Below are positions 45,838-54,816 of a stretch of DNA of 64,000 bases, piece by piece. Below the pieces are notes generated by a model that was not told the origin of the DNA, made no database searches, and was given only the letters and a program-made list of their open reading frames with translations. Numbering within the stretch: position 1 is the stretch's first letter; every line of letters starts with the position of its first letter. Source of the stretch: Ferruginibacter sp. (GTDB lineage Bacteria; Bacteroidota; Bacteroidia; Chitinophagales; Chitinophagaceae); assembly GCA_025351645.1 (NCBI GenBank), contig JANXVN010000041.1, forward strand, positions 2,524 to 66,523. The letters run 5' to 3'. Position numbers and translations under genes: made by a program.

Positions 45838-48800
45838 ATGACACCACAAAAAGAAAAAACAGCTGCCCTTATTTTTAGCCGCCAATTCACCAAAGAAGGT
45901 ATTTCTCCGTACGATATGTTTGATTATGACAGGCGTACCTCTGTTATAAAAAATCCCTCAGGCGAAATTATTTTTCAAATGGATGATGTGGAAGTACCAC
46001 GCCAATGGAGCCAGATTGCCACTGATATACTGTCCCAAAAATATTTTCGCCGGGCAGGCGTGCCACAGCCCGATGGCAGTACGGGAAGAGAAACTACCAT
46101 AAAACAAGTAGCCCATCGTATGGCACACTGCTGGCGTGTTTGGGGCGAACGCTATAGTTACTTTGCCACTAAAGATGATGCGCAAATTTTTTATGATGAG
46201 CTCGTCTATTCTATTTTAAACCAGGCTTGCGTGCCCAATAGCCCCCAATGGTTTAATACCGGCCTGCATGAGGTATACGGTATTACCGGTAAGCCGCAAG
46301 GGCACTATTTTGTGGACCCTATCGATGCGCAATTAAATAAATCAACTTCCGCATACGAACGCCCGCAGCCACACGCCTGCTTTATTTTGAGTGTGGATGA
46401 CGACCTGGTAAACGAAGGCGGCATAATGGATTTATGGGTTAGGGAAGCAAGGATATTTAAGTACGGCAGCGGCGTTGGCACCAACTATAGCAGCATACGT
46501 GGCGAGGGCGAAAAGCTGAGTAGTGGCGGCACTTCCAGCGGGTTGATGAGCTTTTTAAAAATTGGTGATAGGGCAGCGGGCGCCATTAAAAGCGGCGGTA
46601 CCACACGCCGTGCAGCAAAAATGGTATGCCTCGATTTAGACCATCCCGAAATAGAAGATTTTGTAAATTGGAAAAGCAAAGAAGAAGATAAAGTAGCTGC
46701 GTTAATTGCTGCAGGTTATCCCAGCGATTATGAGGGCGAAGCATACAAAACAGTAAGCGGGCAAAACAGCAACAACTCTGTACGCATACCCAATTCTTTT
46801 TTTAAAGCGTTAGATGCAGATAGCGACTGGAACCTTATAGCAAGAAGCACCGGCAAAACAATAAAGACAATAAAAGCAAGAGCGTTGTGGCAACAAATAA
46901 ATCACGCAGCCTGGAAATGTGCAGACCCCGGAACGCAATATGACACCACCATAAACGAATGGCATACCTGCCCCGAAGGCGGTCCGATAAAGGCAAGCAA
47001 CCCTTGCAGCGAATACATGTTTTTAGATAATACTGCCTGCAATTTAGCCTCTGTAAACCTGCGCCGTTTTTTTAACGAGAGCGATAATAGTTTTGATGTA
47101 AAAGGCTTTGGGCATACCTGCCGCTTATGGACGGTAGTGCTGGAAATATCTGTACTGATGGCGCAGTTCCCCTCTAAAGAAGTAGCACAATTATCCTACG
47201 ATTACCGTACTTTAGGTTTGGGCTACGCTAACCTCGGCAGCATGCTAATGGTAAGCGGCATACCGTATGATAGTGAGCAGGCGCGTGGTATTGCGAGCGC
47301 TATCACCGCAATCATGACGGGCGTAGCGTATAAAACGTCCGCAGAAATGGCGGGTTTTTTAGGTGCCTTTGCACGGTACGAAGAAAACAAAAAACATATG
47401 CTCCGTGTAATGCGCAACCATCGTGCGGCAGCCTACGATGCGCAGGAAGCGTATGAGGGGATCGAAATAAAGCCACAAGGCATCAACGCAAAATATTGCC
47501 CAGATTATTTGCTGGCCGCAGCAATAAAAGCATGGGACGATGCCGTACAATTAGGGGAGAAAAATGGATACAGGAATGCACAGGTAACAGTGATAGCACC
47601 AACCGGTACTATCGGCCTGGTAATGGATTGCGATACTACCGGCGTAGAGCCAGACTTTGCATTAGTGAAGTTTAAAAAGTTAAGTGGCGGAGGTTATTTT
47701 AAGATCATCAACCAAAGTGTGCCTGCCGCCTTGCGCAACTTAAAGTACAGTGAAAAAGAATTGCAAGAAATTGTACAGTATGCTAAAGGCCATGCAACTT
47801 TAAATGGTGCTCCTTTCATCAACACAGAAAATTTGCTGGCAAAAGGTTTTACTAAAGAAGAACTGGCAAAAGTGGAAGCTGGCTTAGGCAGTGCTTTTGA
47901 AATTGGCTTTGCATTTAACGTGTATACTTTCGGCGAAGCAACATTGCAACGCCTGGGTTTTACCGCTAACCAATACAACGATTTTGAATGGAGCTTGTTA
48001 GAGGCATTAGGCTATACCGATGCGCAAATTGAAGCTGCCAATATTTATGTATGCGGCACTATGACGATTGAAGGCGCCCCCTATTTAAAACACGAACATT
48101 TACCAGTATTTGATTGTGCCAATAAGTGCGGGCAAAAGGGCGGGCGTTACATACATGCCCATGGGCACATACGTATGATGGGCGCAGCGCAGCCCTTTAT
48201 CAGCGGCGCTATTAGCAAAACCATCAACCTGCCTAACGAGGCTACGGTGAACGAAATTGCAGACTGCTACCGAATGAGCTGGGAGCTTGGGCTAAAGGCA
48301 AATGCCTTGTACAGGGATGGCTCTAAATTATCTCAGCCACTCAGCAATAAATCTGATAAAAAGAAAAAAATAGTTGAGGCAAATGAAGCTATTGAAGAAC
48401 CAGCAACCAGGCAAACTGCCAGCCAGGAATCTAACATTGTAGATATGAGCAAGCTTACTGTAGATGAGTTGCTGGATGAAGTAAGCAAGCGCATGCAGAA
48501 CAGTCCGGATACCGTTTTAAAAAGCAGGCTGGCAAAAATTGTAGAGCGCAAAACATTGCCTGCAAAACGCAGGGGCTTTACACAAAAGGCAAAAATAAAT
48601 GGGCAGGCATTATTCCTGCGCACAGGCGAATATGGCGATGGTACCGTGGGCGAAATTTTTATTGATATGGCTAAAGAAGGCGCAACCGTCCGTAGCATGC
48701 TAAACTGTTTCGCCATCTCCATTTCAATAGGGCTGCAATACGGCGTACCATTGGAAGAGTTTGTAGAAAAATTTGTGTTCACCCGCTTTGAGCCAGCCGG

Positions 48801-49203
48801 CATGGTAGAGCACCCTAACATAAAAAGTACTACTTCTATAATGGATTTTATTTTTAGGTCGTTAGCTTTCGAGTATCTTGGCCGTACAGACCTGGTGCAT
48901 GTTTTAGATAGCCCGGAACTGCAAAATTTAGGTAACGGGCCTTGGGATATGTCAACGCCTACCATCGGCGAAAGGAAGCCAGAATTAAGCAATGTACGGA
49001 TCATCAATTCTTCTCCCGCAGGCAATATGCAATCATCAACAGCCAGGGCGCAAAGTGTAGGCACTGTAAATGACGGAACGCAAAATTATATGCGCACCAT
49101 GCAAAGCGATGCGCCATCCTGCAATACTTGCGGGCACATTACAATGCGAAGCGGCACTTGTTATAAATGCCTTAACTGTGGCAACAGTATGGGTTGCAGC
49201 TAA
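45838..49203 (+). CDS. nrdJ: Adenosylcobalamin-dependent (class II) ribonucleotide reductase
   Basis: SNPCSEYMFLDNTACNLASVNL active-site region, long class II architecture, Cys-rich tail CNTCGHITMRSGTCYKCLNCGNSMGCS. ATG at 45838. Confidence 0.9.
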   Translation: MTPQKEKTAALIFSRQFTKEGISPYDMFDYDRRTSVIKNPSGEIIFQMDDVEVPRQWSQIATDILSQKYFRRAGVPQPDGSTGRETTIKQVAHRMAHCWRVWGERYSYFATKDDAQIFYDELVYSILNQACVPNSPQWFNTGLHEVYGITGKPQGHYFVDPIDAQLNKSTSAYERPQPHACFILSVDDDLVNEGGIMDLWVREARIFKYGSGVGTNYSSIRGEGEKLSSGGTSSGLMSFLKIGDRAAGAIKSGGTTRRAAKMVCLDLDHPEIEDFVNWKSKEEDKVAALIAAGYPSDYEGEAYKTVSGQNSNNSVRIPNSFFKALDADSDWNLIARSTGKTIKTIKARALWQQINHAAWKCADPGTQYDTTINEWHTCPEGGPIKASNPCSEYMFLDNTACNLASVNLRRFFNESDNSFDVKGFGHTCRLWTVVLEISVLMAQFPSKEVAQLSYDYRTLGLGYANLGSMLMVSGIPYDSEQARGIASAITAIMTGVAYKTSAEMAGFLGAFARYEENKKHMLRVMRNHRAAAYDAQEAYEGIEIKPQGINAKYCPDYLLAAAIKAWDDAVQLGEKNGYRNAQVTVIAPTGTIGLVMDCDTTGVEPDFALVKFKKLSGGGYFKIINQSVPAALRNLKYSEKELQEIVQYAKGHATLNGAPFINTENLLAKGFTKEELAKVEAGLGSAFEIGFAFNVYTFGEATLQRLGFTANQYNDFEWSLLEALGYTDAQIEAANIYVCGTMTIEGAPYLKHEHLPVFDCANKCGQKGGRYIHAHGHIRMMGAAQPFISGAISKTINLPNEATVNEIADCYRMSWELGLKANALYRDGSKLSQPLSNKSDKKKKIVEANEAIEEPATRQTASQESNIVDMSKLTVDELLDEVSKRMQNSPDTVLKSRLAKIVERKTLPAKRRGFTQKAKINGQALFLRTGEYGDGTVGEIFIDMAKEGATVRSMLNCFAISISIGLQYGVPLEEFVEKFVFTRFEPAGMVEHPNIKSTTSIMDFIFRSLAFEYLGRTDLVHVLDSPELQNLGNGPWDMSTPTIGERKPELSNVRIINSSPAGNMQSSTARAQSVGTVNDGTQNYMRTMQSDAPSCNTCGHITMRSGTCYKCLNCGNSMGCS

Positions 49204-49228
49204 ATAATTAATTTTCTATGATGCCGGT

Positions 49229-49257
49229 AAAGCCACTTTTATAAGTGGCTTTTTTTG
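49229..49257 (+). terminator. Rho-independent terminator of nrdJ
   Basis: AAAGCCACTT-TTAT-AAGTGGCTTT (10-bp stem) followed by a T run. Confidence 0.8.
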
Positions 49258-49432
49258 GTGTAATCGCTTAAAGTAATTTATCGCTACATGGTAATTTTAA
49301 TAATAAGCCCAGTTGATTCTTTATCTTTTCTTATCAAAATATAACCAATTTTGTAGTTTAATAATAACAGCAATACTCTTATAGCAATATCTTCGGCGAT
49401 TACAATTACTAGCGCAATAAAGTGAACCTGTA

Positions 49433-49991
49433 CTACATTAGATAATCATTTACATGCTGCTGTATAATTTTTTTAACTGACGCCCAAGTTTGGCTTTTTA
49501 AACTTACAGGATCTTCGCTTTCTTCTGTAGTAGTTGATAAAATCATTTACACTGTAATGATGAAGTAGTTCAGCAATATACCAAAAATCTTTTTTTACTC
49601 CTCTTTTCATAATGGCTGCAATTTTCATTGCCATGATATCAGGGATACTAAAAAGCCTTATCCCATTTTCAATTAAAGGTTCATTAATTAAAGGATGGTA
49701 ATGATGTTTTATAAAATCAACCTTGATGTCGTCTATTGCCCCAAATAACCCAATAGGATTACGGGTATTCCTGTAAACAAAACCAGTAAAGTGATCTTCC
49801 AGCAGTACCGCTAATGGCTCATTTATAAATTCTTTTGTTGAAAATAAATCTATGTCAACCGATGAACTATGGGCAAAATATAAGGAAAGTGCTGTACCGC
49901 CAACAAGATAAAAATCAGCTAATGCCGGTAGCCCCATTAATTTATTCAGTACGTCCAGTGTGTGGGGTTCAGTTGTGCTATATTGTAGCAT
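49433..49991 (-). pseudogene. AbiEii/AbiGii-type nucleotidyltransferase toxin gene, apparently frameshifted/deleted near the 3' end
   Basis: LVGGTALSLYFAHSSSVDIDLFS nucleotidyltransferase core. After ...FINYY the annotated frame gives RRKRRSCKFKKPNLGVS*, while the +1 frame reads TTTEESEDPVSLKSQTWASVKKIIQQHVNDYLM* (to 49433), which looks like a genuine C-terminus. Confidence 0.55.
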
Positions 49992-50252
49992 CTACAATCA
50001 GTTAGTTCGTTATTAAACAATGCACATGCAAGGCTTATAGTTGAAAGCGAAAGCCATTTGGCATTTGTAAGTATTATGCTTATTAGTTCATCCCCATAAT
50101 ACCGCCTGCATTGCCGTATATCATCCACATCGCCTCGCTCAAACACACGCTCTATTACAAAGCTGGCTTTTTTATCGTAGTCCAGCTTTTCAAAATCCAC
50201 ATCCCAAAAAATACGTTTGTGAAAATACCGGTTTTTTTATTTGCTTGTCCAT
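49946..50252 (-). pseudogene. Small partner (antitoxin-like, possibly DUF6922-type) gene with a frameshift in a homopolymer run
   Basis: ATG at 50252 gives MDKQIKKPVFSQTYF. After the T6 run (A6 on the plus strand, 50206-50211) the conserved-looking continuation WDVDFEKLDYDKKASFVIERVFERGD... is in another frame. The ORF track can only start it at GTG 50200. Confidence 0.5.
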
Positions 50253-50479
50253 CGTTATAAAGTTATAAATTATAAACTGTTTTGTTTCAAACTTGCCTTA
50301 CCCATCAAAATAAATGGCTTTTATGGAAAAAAAGCTTGCAGGCAATGCTCAATTACACTGGTTACGCCCCACGCATTTATATGCACTACAATTTAGGAAA
50401 GTAAATGCTAAGTAAAGTTTAATCAACTTAATTGCCAGTAATTATTGGTTAATTTAGTGTACCATATCAACGGCCTTTA

Positions 50480-51169
50480 ATGAAAGTATTAATTATAGAA
50501 GATGAAATAAGCCTGGCAGAAAGCATTGCTACTTTTTTAGGCGGCGAACAATTTATATGCGAAGCTGCGCATGATTTTGAGGCTGCTATGGAAAAAATAG
50601 CACTATACGATTATGCCTGTATTTTGTTGGATATTAGTTTGCCCGGTGGTAGTGGCCTTGATATTTTAAAAGAATTAAAAGCTAACGGCAAAGCGGAGGG
50701 CGTGCTCATCATATCTGCAAAAAATGCGTTGGACGATAAGTTGCTGGGGCTTAAATTGGGTGCCGATGATTACCTCACTAAGCCTTTCCATTTATCCGAA
50801 TTATCAGCCCGTGTTGCTGCTATCATCCGAAGGAAATTTTTTGATGGCAAAGACCTGATACAATTAAATGGGCTGGAATTAAACGTGCAGGAAAAAACTG
50901 CTAAAGTAAATAATAACCTTGTAGGACTTACCCGAAAAGAGTACGACCTGCTACTGTACTTTATCAGCAATAAAAATAAAGTAATTACTAAAAACGCTAT
51001 TGCCGAACATTTGTGGGGCGATGATATGGACCTGGCAGGCAGCTATGATTTTATCTACACCCATATTAAAAATTTGCGTAAAAAGTTGTTGCAGGCTGGT
51101 GGCGCAGACTATATAAAATCTATTTATGGCGTTGGTTACAAATTTGATGTAAATGCTAAAATACAATGA
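50480..51169 (+). CDS. OmpR-family response regulator
   Basis: Receiver domain (LLDISLPGGSG, KP) and winged-helix output (LTRKEYDLLLYF, GVGYKF). Confidence 0.9.
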   Translation: MKVLIIEDEISLAESIATFLGGEQFICEAAHDFEAAMEKIALYDYACILLDISLPGGSGLDILKELKANGKAEGVLIISAKNALDDKLLGLKLGADDYLTKPFHLSELSARVAAIIRRKFFDGKDLIQLNGLELNVQEKTAKVNNNLVGLTRKEYDLLLYFISNKNKVITKNAIAEHLWGDDMDLAGSYDFIYTHIKNLRKKLLQAGGADYIKSIYGVGYKFDVNAKIQ

Positions 51170-51326
51170 AACTTTACGGCGTTTCTGCTACAAACAGAAA
51201 GTGAGGATGCGGTATAAAAACAAACAACAATTTTAAATGCACCTATTCTTTTTGTAGCCATACTTTTATTTTCTTTTTTGTAACTTCAAAGAACTTCTTC
51301 ATTTACGATTTAAAATATTGCCAACC

Positions 51327-52172
51327 ATGGATGCTCAATTAGAAGAAATAAGGGAACAACAAAAACAATCCTGGAACAAGTTTTCTGGCGGCTGGAAAAA
51401 ATGGGATAGCCTTACTATGGACTTTATGCTGCCAGTAGGCAAAGCAATTATAACTGCCCTTATGCCTAAAGGCAATAAGCTTATACTAGACATAGCCAGC
51501 GGCACCGGAGAGCCTGCCTTAACAATTGCCAGTATGCTTAGTGGTGGCAAAGTAACCATGGCGGATGTAGCGGACGATATGCTGGCCATTGCAATAGAAA
51601 ATGCAGCGCATCGTGGCATACAGAATGTAGAAGCAATTACGTGCGATGTTTGTGAACTGCCCTTTGAAAATAATAATTTTGATGCCATCAGTTGCCGGTT
51701 TGGATTTATGTTTTTTCCGGACATGCAATTGGCTGCTAACGAAATGTACAGGGTACTACAACCAGGCGGTAAAATAGCTACCGCTGTATGGAACATCCCT
51801 GAAAAGAATTTTTGGGTAACCTCGGTAATGGGCACTATCAATAAAAATATGGATCTGCCAAAGCCAGCATCCGGCGCACCTGGCATGTTCCGCTGCTGCA
51901 AGCCCGGGCTTATGAAATCGATACTTGAAAACGCCGCCTTTAAAAATATAAAAGAACAGGAAGTGCCTGCCAAATTAAACGCCCGCACATTAGAAAACTT
52001 TTGGGCTATGATGACAGAAGTAGGGGCACCTATTGTAGCCGCATTAAGCAACGCTGATGATGCCTTGCGGGAAAAAATAAAGCAAGAAGTATTTGAACTG
52101 GTAAGCAAAAAATATCCCGAAGGCGAAGTAGCTGTCGATGCAAGCGCTATCGTCATCAGCGCAGAAAAATAG
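51327..52172 (+). CDS. Class I SAM-dependent methyltransferase
   Basis: LDIASGTGEPAL (motif I), FDAISCRFG, LQPGG. ATG at 51327. Confidence 0.85.
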   Translation: MDAQLEEIREQQKQSWNKFSGGWKKWDSLTMDFMLPVGKAIITALMPKGNKLILDIASGTGEPALTIASMLSGGKVTMADVADDMLAIAIENAAHRGIQNVEAITCDVCELPFENNNFDAISCRFGFMFFPDMQLAANEMYRVLQPGGKIATAVWNIPEKNFWVTSVMGTINKNMDLPKPASGAPGMFRCCKPGLMKSILENAAFKNIKEQEVPAKLNARTLENFWAMMTEVGAPIVAALSNADDALREKIKQEVFELVSKKYPEGEVAVDASAIVISAEK

Positions 52173-52186
52173 CCGCTAAAATTCAC

Positions 52187-52318
52187 ATTAATAATTCAAT
52201 GCCGTTAAGTTAAGTGGCTTTCGCCCCGGAGGGTTACGCTCCCATCTCCTTTGGAGAGGGGTTGGGGGTGAGGTAAAATACAGCGCATGCCTTAACTTAA
52301 CGGCATTGATTAATAATT
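52187..52318 (+). mobile_element. Family B MITE-like element (copy B4) with flanking 10-bp direct repeats
   Basis: Perfect TIRs at 52197-52214 and 52291-52308. ATTAATAATT on both flanks (52187-52196, 52309-52318). The core contains CCATCTCCTTTGGAGAGG and GGGTGAGGTAAA as in B1. Confidence 0.8.
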
Positions 52319-52332
52319 TATCATCTTATTAA

Positions 52333-53214
52333 ATGTATACAATGAAATGTATTTTAAGTAGTGTATTCCTGCTGCTATCTGTTGCGGCACACAGCCAGCT
52401 TATAACCGATTCTATTTTAATTAAAGGTCACTACCGCACCTTTAGTTATAACAAGCCTTCAGCGGATATTACCGGCGGCAGCCTGATGTTTGTGATGCAT
52501 GGCTCTGGCGGTAGCGGAAGCGATATGATAAAGCCCACGGCCAATCTACAGGCAATAGCAGGTAATGAAAAGCTGTTAATTATTTATCCCGATGGTTACC
52601 TGCATTACTGGAATGAATGCCGTAAATTTTCTACTGCAGAGGCTAATAAAATAGATATCGACGAAAGTGCTTTTTTTACGGCAATGATAAATATTACCCG
52701 CCAAAAATTTGGCATCAGCAAGGAGAAAATTTTTGCCGCAGGTATTTCTGGCGGTGGGCAAATGGCGTATAAATTGGCATTAACAATGCCCGATAAAATA
52801 AAGGCAATTGCTGCCGTTGTAGCCAACCTTCCAGATTCAGCTTCTTGCGATTGCACGTATGCCAACAAGCCTTTGCCCGTACTTATCATCAATGGTACCA
52901 GCGATGGCACCAACCCCTATAATGGAGGTGAGATGTTTGTGAACAATGCCAGTTACGGCGTAGTGCTCAGTACAGAAAAAACGTTTGCTTATTGGGCTGC
53001 ATTAGATGGCTATAAAGGAACACCGGAAAAAACTTTATTGCCCGATACTGATACCACCGGCCATGAAACAATCGAAAGCTATAGCTTTCACGAACCTCAT
53101 AAGCCCCGCGTTACGCTGCTAAAAGTTATTAACGGCAAGCACGGTTATCCTGGCGATATCGACACTTATATGTATCTATGGCAATTTTTCAAATCGCAAA
53201 ATGCGAGCCTGTAG
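52333..53214 (+). CDS. Secreted alpha/beta-hydrolase esterase (PHB-depolymerase/LpqC-like family)
   Basis: Signal peptide, FVMHGSGGSG, GISGGG (GxSxG). Confidence 0.65.
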   Translation: MYTMKCILSSVFLLLSVAAHSQLITDSILIKGHYRTFSYNKPSADITGGSLMFVMHGSGGSGSDMIKPTANLQAIAGNEKLLIIYPDGYLHYWNECRKFSTAEANKIDIDESAFFTAMINITRQKFGISKEKIFAAGISGGGQMAYKLALTMPDKIKAIAAVVANLPDSASCDCTYANKPLPVLIINGTSDGTNPYNGGEMFVNNASYGVVLSTEKTFAYWAALDGYKGTPEKTLLPDTDTTGHETIESYSFHEPHKPRVTLLKVINGKHGYPGDIDTYMYLWQFFKSQNASL

Positions 53215-53329
53215 AATAGCCTTGCTTCAATTAAAACTAGCAATACACAAACAATAAAACGGTATAGCAAGCGGCCTACTTTTTGCTGCCTTTCTATCCG
53301 TTTATTTTATTATGTAATATCTTTACAGT

Positions 53330-53806
53330 ATGACCTCACAATTTTTTACTTACAATAAAGGCAAAGTAATACAAGCATTGCGCTACCATTTTATTACCCG
53401 TAAGGAAATAAAAGCAATGATGATTGCCGTAAATTTATTTGCCATAGTTTCAGCGGCATTTTTCTTTTTTAAAAAAATATCTCCGTTTGCCTTTTTGCTC
53501 AGCTCTATATTGTGGTTTACGTTGATGATTGCCTTCTGGTACATGCTGCCCTTTATAATTTATAAGAAATCAGGCACTTTTAAAGATAAATTTAAAGCAA
53601 CCTTAGGCAACGATGATTTTATCATTGAAAACGAAAGAGGCAGCCGTAAATGGTCCTGGGATGCATTCAGTTCCACCATGGAAAGCCCTCATTTCTTTCA
53701 TTTATATTTTGATACCCGTTCTTTTTTCATTGTTCCCAAAGAAGCTTTTCCTGGCGATGAAGTAAATGCGGCGAGAAAGATCCTAGTATCAAAAATTCAT
53801 AAATAA
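53330..53806 (+). CDS. YcxB-like membrane protein
   Basis: Two central TM helices followed by a small soluble domain, the YcxB-like layout. Confidence 0.5.
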   Translation: MTSQFFTYNKGKVIQALRYHFITRKEIKAMMIAVNLFAIVSAAFFFFKKISPFAFLLSSILWFTLMIAFWYMLPFIIYKKSGTFKDKFKATLGNDDFIIENERGSRKWSWDAFSSTMESPHFFHLYFDTRSFFIVPKEAFPGDEVNAARKILVSKIHK

Positions 53807-53810
53807 ATAA

Positions 53811-54242
53811 TTATAGCAGTACTTTTTCCATTAAGTGGTGTTTGGTATTAACCTCTGTAAATTGGTCTCCTTTTATGGTGTAACCGAATTTTTCATAAAA
53901 GCCAATGGCGGTATCCCGTGCATGCATCATCAATACTTTATAGCCCTTATCTCTTGCAAGGTTTTCGGCAAAACTCATAATTGCCTCTCCTATGCCTTTA
54001 CCTTGTAAATTTTTTTGTACGGCCATTTGACGCAGCCTCAAACAATGTTCGTCCATCTGCGTTAGTATGCAACAGCCAAGTATTTCATCTTCATCAAAAG
54101 CCGCAATTAAAATATCATCCTTTTCTTTAGCCAATTCCTCTTTACTAAAAGTTAGCCCTAACGGTTTTCGTAAAATATCTATCCTAAGCCGCAACATTTG
54201 CTGGTATTCGCCGCTGCCGTAATCAATTTGTTTTAAGGCCAT
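53811..54242 (-). CDS. GNAT family N-acetyltransferase
   Basis: RQMAVQKNLQGKGIGEAIM (acetyl-CoA binding Q/RxxGxG/A motif). Confidence 0.85.
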   Translation of the reverse strand: MALKQIDYGSGEYQQMLRLRIDILRKPLGLTFSKEELAKEKDDILIAAFDEDEILGCCILTQMDEHCLRLRQMAVQKNLQGKGIGEAIMSFAENLARDKGYKVLMMHARDTAIGFYEKFGYTIKGDQFTEVNTKHHLMEKVLL

Positions 54243-54416
54243 AAATGCAATGTTTTATTTGTGTAATAATTTTGTACATCGTGTAATGAAGGCTTACAAT
54301 ATACAATTTTTTTGTTTTTAATATTGCTTAAACATGGTTTTGCCTTACTATTACAACCTGCATTGCTACTGAAAATTATGCAGTTGAAAATTTATTTGTT
54401 TGTTTCAACTATCAAC

Positions 54417-54475
54417 GGCAATTTTGCCTTCTTATAAAACCATTAAGGGGGCTTAAAAAGGGGCAATTTTGCCTT
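54417..54475. promoter_or_regulatory. Two identical 14-nt sites GGCAATTTTGCCTT (inverted half-sites GGCAA/TTGCC) 45 bp apart, upstream of acpP
   Basis: 54417-54430 and 54462-54475, read directly. Candidate operator pair. Confidence 0.4.
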
Positions 54476-54508
54476 AATTATATTTTTTTGCATTTATTGC
54501 AAAAAGTA

Positions 54509-54516
54509 TATTTTTG
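54509..54516 (+). promoter_or_regulatory. Candidate Bacteroidota -7 promoter box (TAnnTTTG) for acpP-fabF
   Basis: TATTTTTG lies 27 nt upstream of the acpP ATG and matches the TAnnTTTG consensus known for Bacteroidota sigma-A promoters. Confidence 0.3.
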
Positions 54517-54542
54517 CACCTGATTAACTAAATAATACTACC

Positions 54543-54779
54543 ATGTCAGACATTGCAACAAGAGTAAAGAAAATAATTGTTGACAAATTAGGTGTTGATG
54601 AAGCCGAGGTTACGCCGGAAGCTTCTTTCACAAATGATTTAGGTGCCGATAGTTTGGACACCGTTGAATTAATTATGGAATTTGAAAAAGAATTCAACAT
54701 TTCTATTCCTGATGAACAAGCTGAAACCATCACTACAGTAGGTCAAGCCGTTACTTACCTGGAAGAACACGCCAAGTAA
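54543..54779 (+). CDS. acpP: Acyl carrier protein
   Basis: [17 protein letters not shown] (phosphopantetheine Ser). Confidence 0.95.
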   Translation: MSDIATRVKKIIVDKLGVDEAEVTPEASFTNDLGADSLDTVELIMEFEKEFNISIPDEQAETITTVGQAVTYLEEHAK

Positions 54780-54816
54780 ATCATCATCTGTTTCTTAATC
54801 ATTGCAGGCAAATTTT

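Noticed and set aside
48333-49064. 243-aa minus-strand ORF inside nrdJ, plus similar antisense ORFs at 21599-22228, 43764-44258, 60823-61329, 33632-34042, 26423-26830 and 28546-28947
   Set aside because: All are antisense to, or overlap, long ORFs with strong family motifs. Their products are Ser/Leu/Cys-rich with no recognisable domains.
45838-49203. Intein or intron in the long (1121-aa) nrdJ
   Set aside because: The reading frame is continuous with RNR-like sequence throughout. No Cys/Ser-...-HN splice-junction block or homing-endonuclease motifs were seen. The length is normal for this class II subfamily.
51335-52186. 283-aa minus-strand ORF almost exactly antisense to the methyltransferase gene
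   Set aside because: The plus-strand frame carries clear SAM-methyltransferase motifs (LDIASGTGEPAL, LQPGG). The antisense product is low-complexity Ser/Ala/Ile-rich with no motif, so it is a typical shadow ORF.
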